From contig CAWFGE010000012.1 in assembly GCA_963815195.1 (NCBI GenBank), forward strand, positions 320,001 to 384,000: DNA of 64,000 bases. Direction: 5' to 3'. Within the stretch, counting starts at the first letter, position 1. Each line of letters begins with the position of its first letter. The notes below the pieces were generated by a model, which was given only the letters and a program-made list of their open reading frames with translations, did no database searches and had not been told where the DNA came from. Both the position numbers and the translations under genes were made by a program. Of the stretch, positions 9,526 to 18,649 are shown one piece after another. This stretch comes from an uncultured Planctomycetaceae bacterium (GTDB taxonomy: Bacteria > Planctomycetota > Planctomycetia > Planctomycetales > Planctomycetaceae).

Positions 9526-10323
9526 CTAATTCCGGCGTTGGATCGCCCGTTGCAGCGTTTTGCGTTTGGCCTGGCGGAAGACGCGGAGCAGGCTCGACGC
9601 GTCGCGGTATCGCTTTCGCGGGGAGACTTCCAGGGCCTTTTTGAGCACGGCCACCATGTCGGGATGCACCCGCTGCCGAAGCCTGCGGTAGCCTTCGGGC
9701 GGCCAGTCGAACGGCCATTCCGGGAGATGCCCGGTGAGCATGCGGTAAATCACCAGCCCCAGCGAAAACACGTCCGACCGCATCGAGGGCTTGCCCATCG
9801 CCTGTTCGGGGGCCATGTAGCCCACCGTGCCGGAACCGGAGCCTTTCACCGTGTTCAGGGCGACGCGGGCGATGCCGAAGTCCGACAGCCGCACGCGGTT
9901 GTCGGGGAACAGGATAAAATTTTCGGGCTTGATGTCGCAGTGGATGATCCGCTGCCGATGGGCGTAGGCGACCGCGTCGATCATCTGCTCGGCGAGGTCC
10001 AGAATCGTGTGCAGCGACATTCGGCTCCGCATGCGGTCGGCCAGGGATTTTTCGCCCAAGGGGAACACGATCACGAAGTGATTCTCGATGAAACTCGCGT
10101 TTTTCAGGGGCAGAATGTTCTGGTGCTCGAGCTTGGCGGTCATGCGGACCTCCTTGCGGAAGTCGTCGATCAGCTCCTTGGAGACCACGCTGGCGTGCGG
10201 GATTTTCAGAGCCACGCGGATGCCTTCGATCGTGTCCATCGCGCGGAAAACCGCCCCGAACCCGCCTGTGGCGAGTCGGCGTTCGATGCGGTATTTCCCC
10301 AGCTTTTGACGCGATTTTAGCAC
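9526..10323 (-). CDS. Stand-alone Hanks-type Ser/Thr protein kinase (265 aa, kinase domain only)
   Basis: ATGGFGAV, VALK, HCDIKPEN, DFG, GTVGYMAPE, SDVFSLG. Confidence 0.92.
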   Translation of the reverse strand: MLKSRQKLGKYRIERRLATGGFGAVFRAMDTIEGIRVALKIPHASVVSKELIDDFRKEVRMTAKLEHQNILPLKNASFIENHFVIVFPLGEKSLADRMRSRMSLHTILDLAEQMIDAVAYAHRQRIIHCDIKPENFILFPDNRVRLSDFGIARVALNTVKGSGSGTVGYMAPEQAMGKPSMRSDVFSLGLVIYRMLTGHLPEWPFDWPPEGYRRLRQRVHPDMVAVLKKALEVSPRKRYRDASSLLRVFRQAKRKTLQRAIQRRN

Positions 10324-10765
10324 CCGGATGCATCCTCAGAACGTGTGAGCTATCAAATTATAAGGGCAGGGAGCAACCGGAAAGAAGCAGCAATCCGCCG
10401 CGAACAGAGAGATTCTCAAGGAAAGTCGCGGATTGTTCGTCGTCCGTAGTCTGCGGTGCGCTGCCCGTTGTCATTTGCGTGTGGAAAAGTCGAAATGCAT
10501 GGTTCCCCGTTGCCCGTTTGTGGCCTGTGCGGCCTTTGCTCCTGTCACACTGTCACACCACAATTACATTTATCGGCTGAATCGGTTAATCTGACTCGTA
10601 CGGACTTCCTTTTTTACGGGCGCGGGCAAAGAATTCGGGGGGGCAATCTGCGATGAGTTTGTCGCGTGCGCCAACCGGTCCGGCGGCGTGGTCGAGCGAC
10701 ATTTCCCGGGCGGCGCAGAACCGCTTCGCTATGAACCTCCAAAAAATCTGACCGAAATCGACAAC

Positions 10766-11677
10766 ATGTCTCCCGAAACCGACCAACCCGACAAAGCACA
10801 ACCGCCCGACCGCCTGGTGCGGCTCCAGAAGTTCCTGGCCGCGGCCGGCTTGGGATCGCGCCGGCATTGCGAGGATTACATCCGCGACGGCCGGGTGACC
10901 ATCGACGGCGAGACGGCGACCGATCTGGGCGTCCGCGTGGACCCGCGCGAGCAGGTGGTCCAAGTGGACGGCGAACGCATCAAGCCCCAGAAAAAACGGT
11001 ATTACCTCTTAAACAAGCCGCCGGGCTACGTGTGCACCAACAGCGATCCCCAGGGCCGGCCGCGGGCGATCGATCTGGTCCCGCAGGATGACACCCGCCT
11101 GTTCACGGTGGGCCGATTGGACGAGAGCAGCCGGGGTTTGATCCTGATCACCAACGACGGCGAGCTCGCCCACCGCATGGCCCATCCGCGGTTTTCGATC
11201 CCCCGCCGGTATCAAGTCCAGGTCGCGGGCAAACCGACGGCCGAAGTCCTTAAGCAGCTCCGCGAGGGCATCTACTTCACCGATGGGAAATTTTACGTGA
11301 CCCAGGTGCACATCGTCCGCACGCAGGGCAAAAGCACGGTGCTGGAGATCGAACTCCATCAAGGCCGAAATCGCGAACTCCGCCGGCTGCTCGCCCGCGT
11401 GGGCCACAAAGTGATGAGCCTGGAACGCGTCACCTTCGGCCCCTTGAAACTCGGCCGCTTGAGCCTGGGCAAATACCGCCAGTTACGCGACACCGAACTG
11501 ACGGAACTCCGCGAACTCGACCAAAAATCCGCCACCGCCAAAAAATCCCCCGGCCGCCGACCCGCCAAAGGCAAACCCCGCTCCAACAAAAAACCGGCAA
11601 GCCGGCCCGGCAAGCCCAAGAAACCCGCTTCCCGAAATCCGAAGCAAACCCGCTCCCCCAAACCCCGCCGGAAGTAA
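10766..11677 (+). CDS. rluB: 23S rRNA pseudouridine synthase, RsuA/RluB family, with S4 domain and Lys/Arg/Pro-rich tail
   Basis: [15 protein letters not shown] (S4), LLNKPPG, VGRLD catalytic motif, GRNRELRR. Confidence 0.85.
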   Translation: MSPETDQPDKAQPPDRLVRLQKFLAAAGLGSRRHCEDYIRDGRVTIDGETATDLGVRVDPREQVVQVDGERIKPQKKRYYLLNKPPGYVCTNSDPQGRPRAIDLVPQDDTRLFTVGRLDESSRGLILITNDGELAHRMAHPRFSIPRRYQVQVAGKPTAEVLKQLREGIYFTDGKFYVTQVHIVRTQGKSTVLEIELHQGRNRELRRLLARVGHKVMSLERVTFGPLKLGRLSLGKYRQLRDTELTELRELDQKSATAKKSPGRRPAKGKPRSNKKPASRPGKPKKPASRNPKQTRSPKPRRK

Positions 11678-11701
11678 TCGATAGTATACGAGGACCTGGT
11701 C

Positions 11702-12298
11702 ATGCAACGCCCATTGCTGATTGCGATTCTCTGCGGAGCGATCCCCCTTGCCCTGGGTCTTGCAATTTTTCTCGTCTGGGTGTTCGCGCGGCAGGAATGG
11801 TTGATGGTCGCCGGACTTTGCAACATTGGCTGCGGTTTGGTGATGTTCTTCGTCGGCGTCTTTTGCCTCGCGTATTACTGGAACAGGGCATCGCTGATCC
11901 CCGATTATTCGCGGCAACGCCGACATTGGAGCACACTGGCCTGCGCTGGGCTTTTACTACTGAATTTCCCAGTGGCCGGCGGATTGATCGCAGCCGCAGT
12001 CAGAATTGAAACGCGGTACACCGTCGTCATTGAGAATGAAACGCAGCACACCCTTACCAATGTTCGCATATTTGGCGGCGGAGTGGATGAAACGATTGAT
12101 CCCGTTCCACCTCAAGGGCGCATTAAGCGACACCTCTGGTTTCAAACGGACGGCGAACTCAAGTTTCAAGCCACAGTGGATACGACGATTCTTCGTGAAA
12201 AGGTGGATGGATATGTGACAGGCAGCCAAGGAGGGACCGCTCGCGTGACGATTCATCCCGACAAGACCATCACTGTGAGCAGGGATCTCTACGACTGA
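11702..12298 (+). CDS. Hypothetical membrane protein (3 TM helices plus small C-terminal beta domain)
   Basis: 198-aa ORF with GAGGA upstream and three hydrophobic segments; visibly more AT-rich than its neighbours. Confidence 0.65.
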   Translation: MQRPLLIAILCGAIPLALGLAIFLVWVFARQEWLMVAGLCNIGCGLVMFFVGVFCLAYYWNRASLIPDYSRQRRHWSTLACAGLLLLNFPVAGGLIAAAVRIETRYTVVIENETQHTLTNVRIFGGGVDETIDPVPPQGRIKRHLWFQTDGELKFQATVDTTILREKVDGYVTGSQGGTARVTIHPDKTITVSRDLYD

Positions 12299-12384
12299 CC
12301 CGATCGGAACCTTTCGTTCTCACAAACCCTTTCTTTGCGGCCCTTTGCGTTTTTTCTTTGCACCTTTGCGTTAAATGCCTTTCC

Positions 12385-13767
12385 TCAAAACTGCAAATCC
12401 AGCACCATCTGCTTGACCGCGGTCATCGGGATTTCGTCGCGTTCAATCTTTCGCGATGAGGAAATGAACACCGGGGCTTCGCTCGCTTCTTTCCCCGGCG
12501 TCGGCAGGCGGCCGTGGGTGCCTTGGACGAGCCTGGCATCCAGCGAGATCACGTCCATGTAATATCTGAAACCCATCAGCTTCTGGGCGAGTCGGCGGGC
12601 GATGCGGAGCTTGGGGAATTTGAGCTGGGGATCGATGAATAGCTCCACCGGGTCGTAGCCGGGCTTGCGGTGGATGTCCACGGTGCGGGCGTAATCCGGG
12701 GCCAGGTCGTCCTCCAGCCAGAAGTAATAGGTGAACCACGCCCCCGGCGCCGCGACCGCGACCAGCTCGCCGGAGCGCTGGTGATCCAACCCAACCTCGC
12801 GTTTGCCGGCTTCATCCAGCACCCGCTCGATGCCGGGCGTTTTTTCCAATCGCTGTTTCACGGCGGGAACGTCTTTCGCCTCCCGGACGTAAACGTGGGC
12901 GACTTGATGATCCGCCACCGCGAACGCCCGCGAGGCTCCTGCGTCCAAAGTCTCCCAGCCCAACGGCTCCAACCGCACCGTGAGAAACCCCGCTTCCCGC
13001 AGCACGCGGTTGATGTGCACCGGCAATGTGGCTTGGGTAATGCCGTACTCGGAAACCACCACGACCTCGGCACCGCCCGCGCGGGCCGCTTCGATCAGTT
13101 TCCCCGCCTCGGCATCGACCTGGCGAATGTCCTCGGCAATCCGCGGATCGCCCGGCCCCAAACGCTGGAGGTTGTAATCCAAGTGCGGCAGATAGACCAA
13201 AAGCAAACTCGGCTGATATTCCTGGAACACATCGACGCTGGCCTCGGCGATCCAGCGGGAACTCGAAATGTCCGCCCCCGGCCCCCAGAATTTGAGGAGC
13301 GGAAAAACGCCGTATTTCTCCTGCAGCCGATGCCGAAGTTCCGGCGGGTTACTGTAGGAATCGAAAACCTTCCGCCCGTCCGCCGGGTAGCTCGGCCGGG
13401 GCGTGACGGACCATTCCACGTCGGCATACATGTTGTACCACCAAAACATCTGCGCGGTGGTGTAGCCGGGATCCCGCGACCGACCGGCTTGCCACAGCCG
13501 CTCGCCGCGCACCAGATGATTCGATTGCCGCCAAAACAGAACCTCGGCCAGATCGCGAAAATACCAGCCGTTGGCGACGATCCCATGCTCCCGCGGTAAA
13601 GCCCCGGTGAGCATCGTCGTCTGGGCCGAGCAGGTCACCGCCGGCAGCACCGTGCCCATCGGCCGCGCGAAGCCCTCATCGGCCAACCGCTGGAGATGCG
13701 GCGTATCAGGCCCGAGCATATCCTGGGTCAAGCCCACGACGTTAATCAGCACCACGGGTTTCGGCAT
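12385..13767 (-). CDS. Alkaline phosphatase superfamily nucleotide pyrophosphatase/phosphodiesterase (EboF-like)
   Basis: VLINVVGL, LPAVTCSAQ, HGIVANGWYFRD, YLPHLDYNLQR, DIHRKPGYDPVELF, GTHG. Confidence 0.8.
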   Translation of the reverse strand: MPKPVVLINVVGLTQDMLGPDTPHLQRLADEGFARPMGTVLPAVTCSAQTTMLTGALPREHGIVANGWYFRDLAEVLFWRQSNHLVRGERLWQAGRSRDPGYTTAQMFWWYNMYADVEWSVTPRPSYPADGRKVFDSYSNPPELRHRLQEKYGVFPLLKFWGPGADISSSRWIAEASVDVFQEYQPSLLLVYLPHLDYNLQRLGPGDPRIAEDIRQVDAEAGKLIEAARAGGAEVVVVSEYGITQATLPVHINRVLREAGFLTVRLEPLGWETLDAGASRAFAVADHQVAHVYVREAKDVPAVKQRLEKTPGIERVLDEAGKREVGLDHQRSGELVAVAAPGAWFTYYFWLEDDLAPDYARTVDIHRKPGYDPVELFIDPQLKFPKLRIARRLAQKLMGFRYYMDVISLDARLVQGTHGRLPTPGKEASEAPVFISSSRKIERDEIPMTAVKQMVLDLQF

Positions 13768-13845
13768 CTGTTTCCAACTCAATCCAAACACGCTCTCGGC
13801 AACAAAGCCGCAGTCTATCGGTCCCGCGGAAGGCGATCAATAAAC

Positions 13846-13955
13846 GTGTGCGTTTCAGAAAAATAGGCAGGCACTGGGGTGGCACGCCCTGAGGAGCGAA
13901 GGGCGTGGTCTTTGCGATCGCCACGCCCTTCGCCACGCTCAGAGATGTGCCACTC
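13846..13955. repeat. REP-like family R2, inverted doublet plus shared 20-bp end motif
   Basis: 13876-13915 reverse-complements 47013-47052 (38/40). A degenerate inverted partner lies at 13921-13955. 13848-13867 matches the reverse complement of 47087-47106 (17/20). Confidence 0.75.
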
Positions 13956-14068
13956 AATCCGATCAACAAACCCCGCCCGATGGGTTGCACTCGTTCCGCC
14001 GTCTCGCCAAGATGAATCGAAACCATCCGCCTTCTTCCAATTCAACCATCCTCCGAGGGGATTTGAAG

Positions 14069-15667
14069 ATGATGAAAACACGCGCATCGAGTCTCACGAC
14101 GATGTTTCCGCGTCTCGTGGTTCTATTGACCATCAGCGCGGCAACATTTTTTTGTTGCACAGAGAGTAGCATGGCGGCGGATGCCAGTCGGCCTAATATT
14201 TTGTTCATTTTTACCGATGACCACGCCGCGCATGCGATGAGCTGTTATGGCTCGAAGATCAACAAAACCCCCAACCTGGACCGCATCGCCAACGAGGGCA
14301 TGTTGTTTAAGAACTGCTTCGCCACCAATTCGCTCTGCGGACCGAGCCGGGCGGTGATTCAGACCGGCAAATACAGCCACTTGAACGGCTTTCTCCAAAA
14401 CGGAAACAAGTTCGACAACACGCAGCAGACCTTCCCCAAGCTGCTCCAGAAAACCGGCTACCAGACCGCCATTGTCGGCAAATGGCACCTCGCCACCACG
14501 CCCACGGGGTTCGATTATTCCGAAGTCCTCATCGGCCAGGGGCCTTACTACAATCCGCCGATGCTCAAAAACGGCGAGCGGACGAAGCACACGGGCTACA
14601 CCACGAACATCCTCACCGACCTGGCTTTGGATTGGCTCAAAAACCAGCGCGACCAGTCGAAGCCGTTTATGTTGATGTACCAACACAAAGCCCCGCACCG
14701 CAACTGGCAGCCCGGACCGGGGTATCTCAGTCTGTACGATGATGTAGAGATTCCCGAGCCGGACAATTTGTTCGACGACTATAAAACCCGAGGCACCGCG
14801 GCCCATACGCAGCAGATGGAGGTCGCGAGGCATCTGAACGACAACGATCTGAAGCTCAAGCCGCCGGGAAACTTGACGAAAGAACAACTCGCCGCCTGGA
14901 ACGCGGCCTATGAGCCAAAAAACGAAGCTTTCCGCAAGGCGAACCTCAAGGGCAAAGACCTGGTGCATTGGAAATACCAGCGGTATATGAAAGACTATCT
15001 CCGCTGCGTGGCCGCGGTGGATGACAACGTGGGCCGCGTGCTGGACTATTTGGATGAGACGGGTCTCGCCAAGAACACGTTGGTGATGTACTCCTCCGAT
15101 CAAGGTTTCTTTCTGGGCGATCATGGCTGGTTCGACAAGCGGTTCATGTATGAAGAATCGGCCCGCATGCCGCTGTTGGCCCGCTGGCCCGGCGTCATCA
15201 AGCCCGGTTCGGTCAATGACGACCTCGTCTCCAACCTCGATTATGCGGAAACGTTTTTGGACGCTGCGGGCGTCGAGGTTCCCGGCGATATGCAAGGCCG
15301 GAGCCTCGTGCCGCTGTTCAAAGGCCACACGCCGGACGATTGGCGGAAAAGCTTTTACTATCACTACTATGAATACCCGGGAGCACATAGCGTCCGCAGA
15401 CACTTTGGCGTCCGCACGGACCGCTATAAGCTGATCAACTTTTATAACTTGGGCGAATGGGAACTCTATGATCTCAAGTCCGATCCGCGGGAAATGAATA
15501 ACATCGTCGATGCGGAGAGTTCGCAGAAAATCGTCGCGGAGCTGAAGAAGGAACTCGAAGTGCTCAGAAAGCAATATCAAGTTCCCGAAGAAGATCCGGA
15601 CAAGGGCCGGCGAAACCGTCAAGGAAGAAACCGCGGCGCGGGCGCCCAGAAAGGCAACGCGAAATAG
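14069..15667 (+). CDS. Cys-type (formylglycine-dependent) sulfatase, exported
   Basis: [16 protein letters not shown] (CxPxR) followed by QTGKY, GKWH, HKAPH, SSDQG, DKR; signal peptide. Confidence 0.93.
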   Translation: MMKTRASSLTTMFPRLVVLLTISAATFFCCTESSMAADASRPNILFIFTDDHAAHAMSCYGSKINKTPNLDRIANEGMLFKNCFATNSLCGPSRAVIQTGKYSHLNGFLQNGNKFDNTQQTFPKLLQKTGYQTAIVGKWHLATTPTGFDYSEVLIGQGPYYNPPMLKNGERTKHTGYTTNILTDLALDWLKNQRDQSKPFMLMYQHKAPHRNWQPGPGYLSLYDDVEIPEPDNLFDDYKTRGTAAHTQQMEVARHLNDNDLKLKPPGNLTKEQLAAWNAAYEPKNEAFRKANLKGKDLVHWKYQRYMKDYLRCVAAVDDNVGRVLDYLDETGLAKNTLVMYSSDQGFFLGDHGWFDKRFMYEESARMPLLARWPGVIKPGSVNDDLVSNLDYAETFLDAAGVEVPGDMQGRSLVPLFKGHTPDDWRKSFYYHYYEYPGAHSVRRHFGVRTDRYKLINFYNLGEWELYDLKSDPREMNNIVDAESSQKIVAELKKELEVLRKQYQVPEEDPDKGRRNRQGRNRGAGAQKGNAK

Positions 15668-15694
15668 ATGTGGAGCGAACGCGTTTCATTCACT

Positions 15695-15728
15695 TCCCGG
15701 TTTCCAGCGAAGCCGGGATTTCTTTTTG
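15695..15728 (+). terminator. Probable intrinsic terminator after the sulfatase
   Basis: Stem TCCCGGTT / AGCCGGGA (one G-U pair) followed by TTTCTTTTT. Confidence 0.6.
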
Positions 15729-15794
15729 TGTTCGTAAAGAAAACCACGAAGACAACTCGGACGAGAGATGTCAATTTCGTGTCGTGAATCCATT

Positions 15795-15820
15795 TCTTAA
15801 TCTTAATCTTAATCTTAATC
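15795..15820. repeat. (TCTTAA)x4 simple sequence repeat just upstream of the wecA-like start
   Basis: TCTTAATCTTAATCTTAATCTTAATC ends 7 nt before ATG 15828. Confidence 0.9.
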
Positions 15821-15827
15821 TCTAAAC

Positions 15828-16955
15828 ATGTGGTTCTTCGTCCTGGCTTGTGTTGTCCCTGCGTGCGTGGTCTCGGCCATTAGTACCGCGATCATGCGGC
15901 GATTGGCGCCGCGGTGGGGGTTGATCGACCAGCCCGCGGCCAGAAAGGTGCACCGCGAACCGACGCCGTTGGGCGGGGGCGTGGGAATCTGGGCGGGGGT
16001 CGTGCTGCCGATCGCCGGGGCTCAAGTGTTTGCCTATTATGCGATACACGATGAGTCTTTACTCAAACTGGTCTCGCTGCCCGAATCGATCACGGTGCAT
16101 TTGGAGGGTGTCTTATACCGGTCGGGGCAGTTGTGGGCGATCCTCGGCTGCGGGACGTTGCTCGCGATCATGGGTTTATTGGATGATCGAAAAAACTTGC
16201 CTTGGTGGCCGCGGTTATTGGTTCAATTCCTCGTCGCGGTGTTTCTCGTAGTCGGGATGAACGTGCATGCCACGGTGTTTACACCCATCCCGGCCGTGGG
16301 ATATGCGATGAGTATTTTGTGGTATCTGGTACTCATCAATTCCTTTAACTTTCTAGACAACATGGACGGCTTGAGTTCGGGGATCGCCTTGATCTCGGCA
16401 GTGTTGTTCGCGGTGGTGATGCTGACCGGAACGAGCGAACCGCGCTGGCTTGTCGGTGGGGCGTTACTAGTGTTGGCAGGTTCGCTGTCGGGGTTTTTGT
16501 TTTTTCACAACTGGCCGCCGGCGCGGATTTTTATGGGAGACTCGGGAAGCTATTTCATCGGCTTGTTGCTCGCCTCGTTCACAATGCTGGGAACCTATTA
16601 TGAACACTCCGATGCCGAGGCGAGCCGGCATGTGATCTTGGCGCCGCTGTGTATTCTCGCGGTTCCGCTTTATGATATTAGTTCCGTGATTCTCATTCGC
16701 CTCCTGCAAGGGCGAAGCCCGTTTCATCCCGATAAAAGCCATTTTTCGCACCGCCTGGTGGAACTCGGCCTCAAACCTTCAAGAGCGGTGCTGACCATTT
16801 ACCTGGCCACGTTAACCACGGGGTTGGGAGGCTTGTTGCTTTATCGCGTTTCGAATTGGACGGGGGCGCTGCTTGTGGTCTTGCTCGTGGGTTGCGTCCT
16901 GGCGATCATCGGGATTCTGGAAACCGCCGGCCGGCGCGTTGTGGAACGGCCTTAA
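15828..16955 (+). CDS. Undecaprenyl-phosphate HexNAc-1-phosphate transferase (WecA/TagO-like, MraY family)
   Basis: DQPAARKVH..PTPLGGG, GLLDD, NSFNFLDNMDGL, PARIFMGDSG, PDKSHFSHRL; multiple TM helices. Confidence 0.9.
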   Translation: MWFFVLACVVPACVVSAISTAIMRRLAPRWGLIDQPAARKVHREPTPLGGGVGIWAGVVLPIAGAQVFAYYAIHDESLLKLVSLPESITVHLEGVLYRSGQLWAILGCGTLLAIMGLLDDRKNLPWWPRLLVQFLVAVFLVVGMNVHATVFTPIPAVGYAMSILWYLVLINSFNFLDNMDGLSSGIALISAVLFAVVMLTGTSEPRWLVGGALLVLAGSLSGFLFFHNWPPARIFMGDSGSYFIGLLLASFTMLGTYYEHSDAEASRHVILAPLCILAVPLYDISSVILIRLLQGRSPFHPDKSHFSHRLVELGLKPSRAVLTIYLATLTTGLGGLLLYRVSNWTGALLVVLLVGCVLAIIGILETAGRRVVERP

Positions 16956-17029
16956 CCGGCGTGGCGGCGGCATCTTGTCGCCGTCGATTAAGCTCGGCCG
17001 CTGAAGCTGGCGCTACGAAATCCAATCCG

Positions 17030-18400
17030 CTACGGCTTGGGCAGGCGGATGTCCACGCTTGCGCTATGGGCGGTGAGGCCTTCTTTGCCGGCCATCAGGC
17101 GGATGTCGTCGGCGTGGAAGCGGAGGGCGGCTTCGTTGTAGCTGATGACCGAAGACCGCTTCAGAAAGTCGTTCGCGCACAGGCCGTTGGCGAACCGCGC
17201 GGTGCCGCCGGTGGGCAGGACGTGCGAAGGGCCGGCGATGTAATCCCCGCAGGCGACCGGGGTGTGATGCCCCAAAAAGATCGCCCCGGCGTTCTGGATT
17301 TTCTCGAGCATCGCTTCGGGGTCGGCGGTCGAGATGTGCAGGTGCTCGGGGGCCAGGAGGTCTGTGAGGCGGGCGGCTTCCTCGGCATCGGGGGCGAGGA
17401 TCAATGCTCCGTATTGTTCCAGCGAGACGCGGGCCAGGTCGCCGCGAGGAAGCTCGGCCAACTGGCGGTCGAGTTCTTTTTGCACGGCTTCGATCAAAGG
17501 AGCATGCCAGGTGATCAACACGCCGCTGCCGGGACTGTGCTCGGCCTGGGAGATCAAATCCGCGGCCACATAGTCCGGGCGGGCGGTTTCATCGGCAAGC
17601 ACGACGACTTCGCTGGGTCCGGCGATGCTGTCGATGTCCACTTCGCCGTAAACCATCCGCTTGGCGAGAGCCACAAATAGATTCCCGGGCCCGACGATCT
17701 TGTCAACGCGCTCGATGCCTTCGACTCCATAAGCCAAGGCCGCGACGGCTTGCGCCCCGCCGATGCGGTACACTTCGCGGATGCCCAGTTCGTGGCAGAC
17801 GGCGAGGAGGTCGGCGTTGTAGCTGCCGAACTTCGTGGGTGGAGCGACGACGACAATCTGTGAAACTCCGGCCGCCTGCGCGGGGACGGCGGTCATCAAC
17901 AGGGTGGACGGATACGCCGCGGCCCCGCCGGGCACGCAAATCCCGACGCGTTTGAGCGGGACATACCGCTGCCGAAGCTCGACCCGCCCGCCTTTGTGTT
18001 CGCGGGTCAGACGAAACTCGGTGTTTAGAAGCCCCTTTTGAAAATCCCAAATGTTCTGGCGGATTCGGCGAATGGTTTCTAAAAACTTCGGGTCGGCGAG
18101 GCGGTGGGCCTCTTCCATCTCGGCGGGGGAGACGCAAATCGTTTCGGGTGTGAGCAGGACATCGTCCAGCTTCTGCGTATAGCCCACGACCGCGCCCAAG
18201 CCGTTTTCCGCGACGGCCCGGCAGATTTGGCCGACGACCTGCTGCGGGGTGAGGGCTTCGCCGAAGAGTTCCAGCGTCCGCTTTCGCCCCGCTTCGGACA
18301 CCACATCCCCGCGCGGGCTGAGCTTTTCGCGAAGCTCCGCGAGCAACTCCTCGGCATCGTCGCGGCCGCAATCAATCACCGAAATCGAACAGGCATCCAT
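17030..18400 (-). CDS. hisD: Histidinol dehydrogenase
   Basis: VPGGAAAYPST, IGGAQAVAALAYG, VDKIVGPGN, IDSIAGPSE, DLISQAEH, APEHL, GDYIAGPSHVLPT. Confidence 0.97.
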   Translation of the reverse strand: MDACSISVIDCGRDDAEELLAELREKLSPRGDVVSEAGRKRTLELFGEALTPQQVVGQICRAVAENGLGAVVGYTQKLDDVLLTPETICVSPAEMEEAHRLADPKFLETIRRIRQNIWDFQKGLLNTEFRLTREHKGGRVELRQRYVPLKRVGICVPGGAAAYPSTLLMTAVPAQAAGVSQIVVVAPPTKFGSYNADLLAVCHELGIREVYRIGGAQAVAALAYGVEGIERVDKIVGPGNLFVALAKRMVYGEVDIDSIAGPSEVVVLADETARPDYVAADLISQAEHSPGSGVLITWHAPLIEAVQKELDRQLAELPRGDLARVSLEQYGALILAPDAEEAARLTDLLAPEHLHISTADPEAMLEKIQNAGAIFLGHHTPVACGDYIAGPSHVLPTGGTARFANGLCANDFLKRSSVISYNEAALRFHADDIRLMAGKEGLTAHSASVDIRLPKP

Positions 18401-18405
18401 TGGTC

Positions 18406-18446
18406 AATCCGAAGTCCGAATCTCGAAATCCGAAACAAATTCCAAA
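18406..18446 (+). repeat. Degenerate (AAATCCG/AATCTCG) heptamer-type repeat; related copies at ~49671-49696 and ~62921-62952
   Basis: AATCCGAAGTCCGAATCTCGAAATCCGAAACAAAT; CAAATCGGAAGCACGAAATCCGAAAC; CAAATCCGAATCTCGAAAACCGAAACAAAT. Confidence 0.65.
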
Positions 18447-18649
18447 CCGAAACGGCCGAAACCCGGTGAATCGTAGCCGTTGGTTTGGCGAACGGGTTTG
18501 TTTTCGTCCATGTTAAGTTCCCGAACCGTCCCGGTAAAGCACGGCCGAAGGATGGGAACTTCGGGGGAATTATGCTGCGGAGCCCTGGGGGTTTGATTAC
18601 AATCAGTGAGTCTGCAAAATCGCTGCAATTTGCACGGAACCGAGCCGAC

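Noticed and set aside
10542..10558. CTGTCACACTGTCACAC direct repeat as a Pho box
   Set aside because: The period is 8 rather than 11 bp and there is only one instance; insufficient support.
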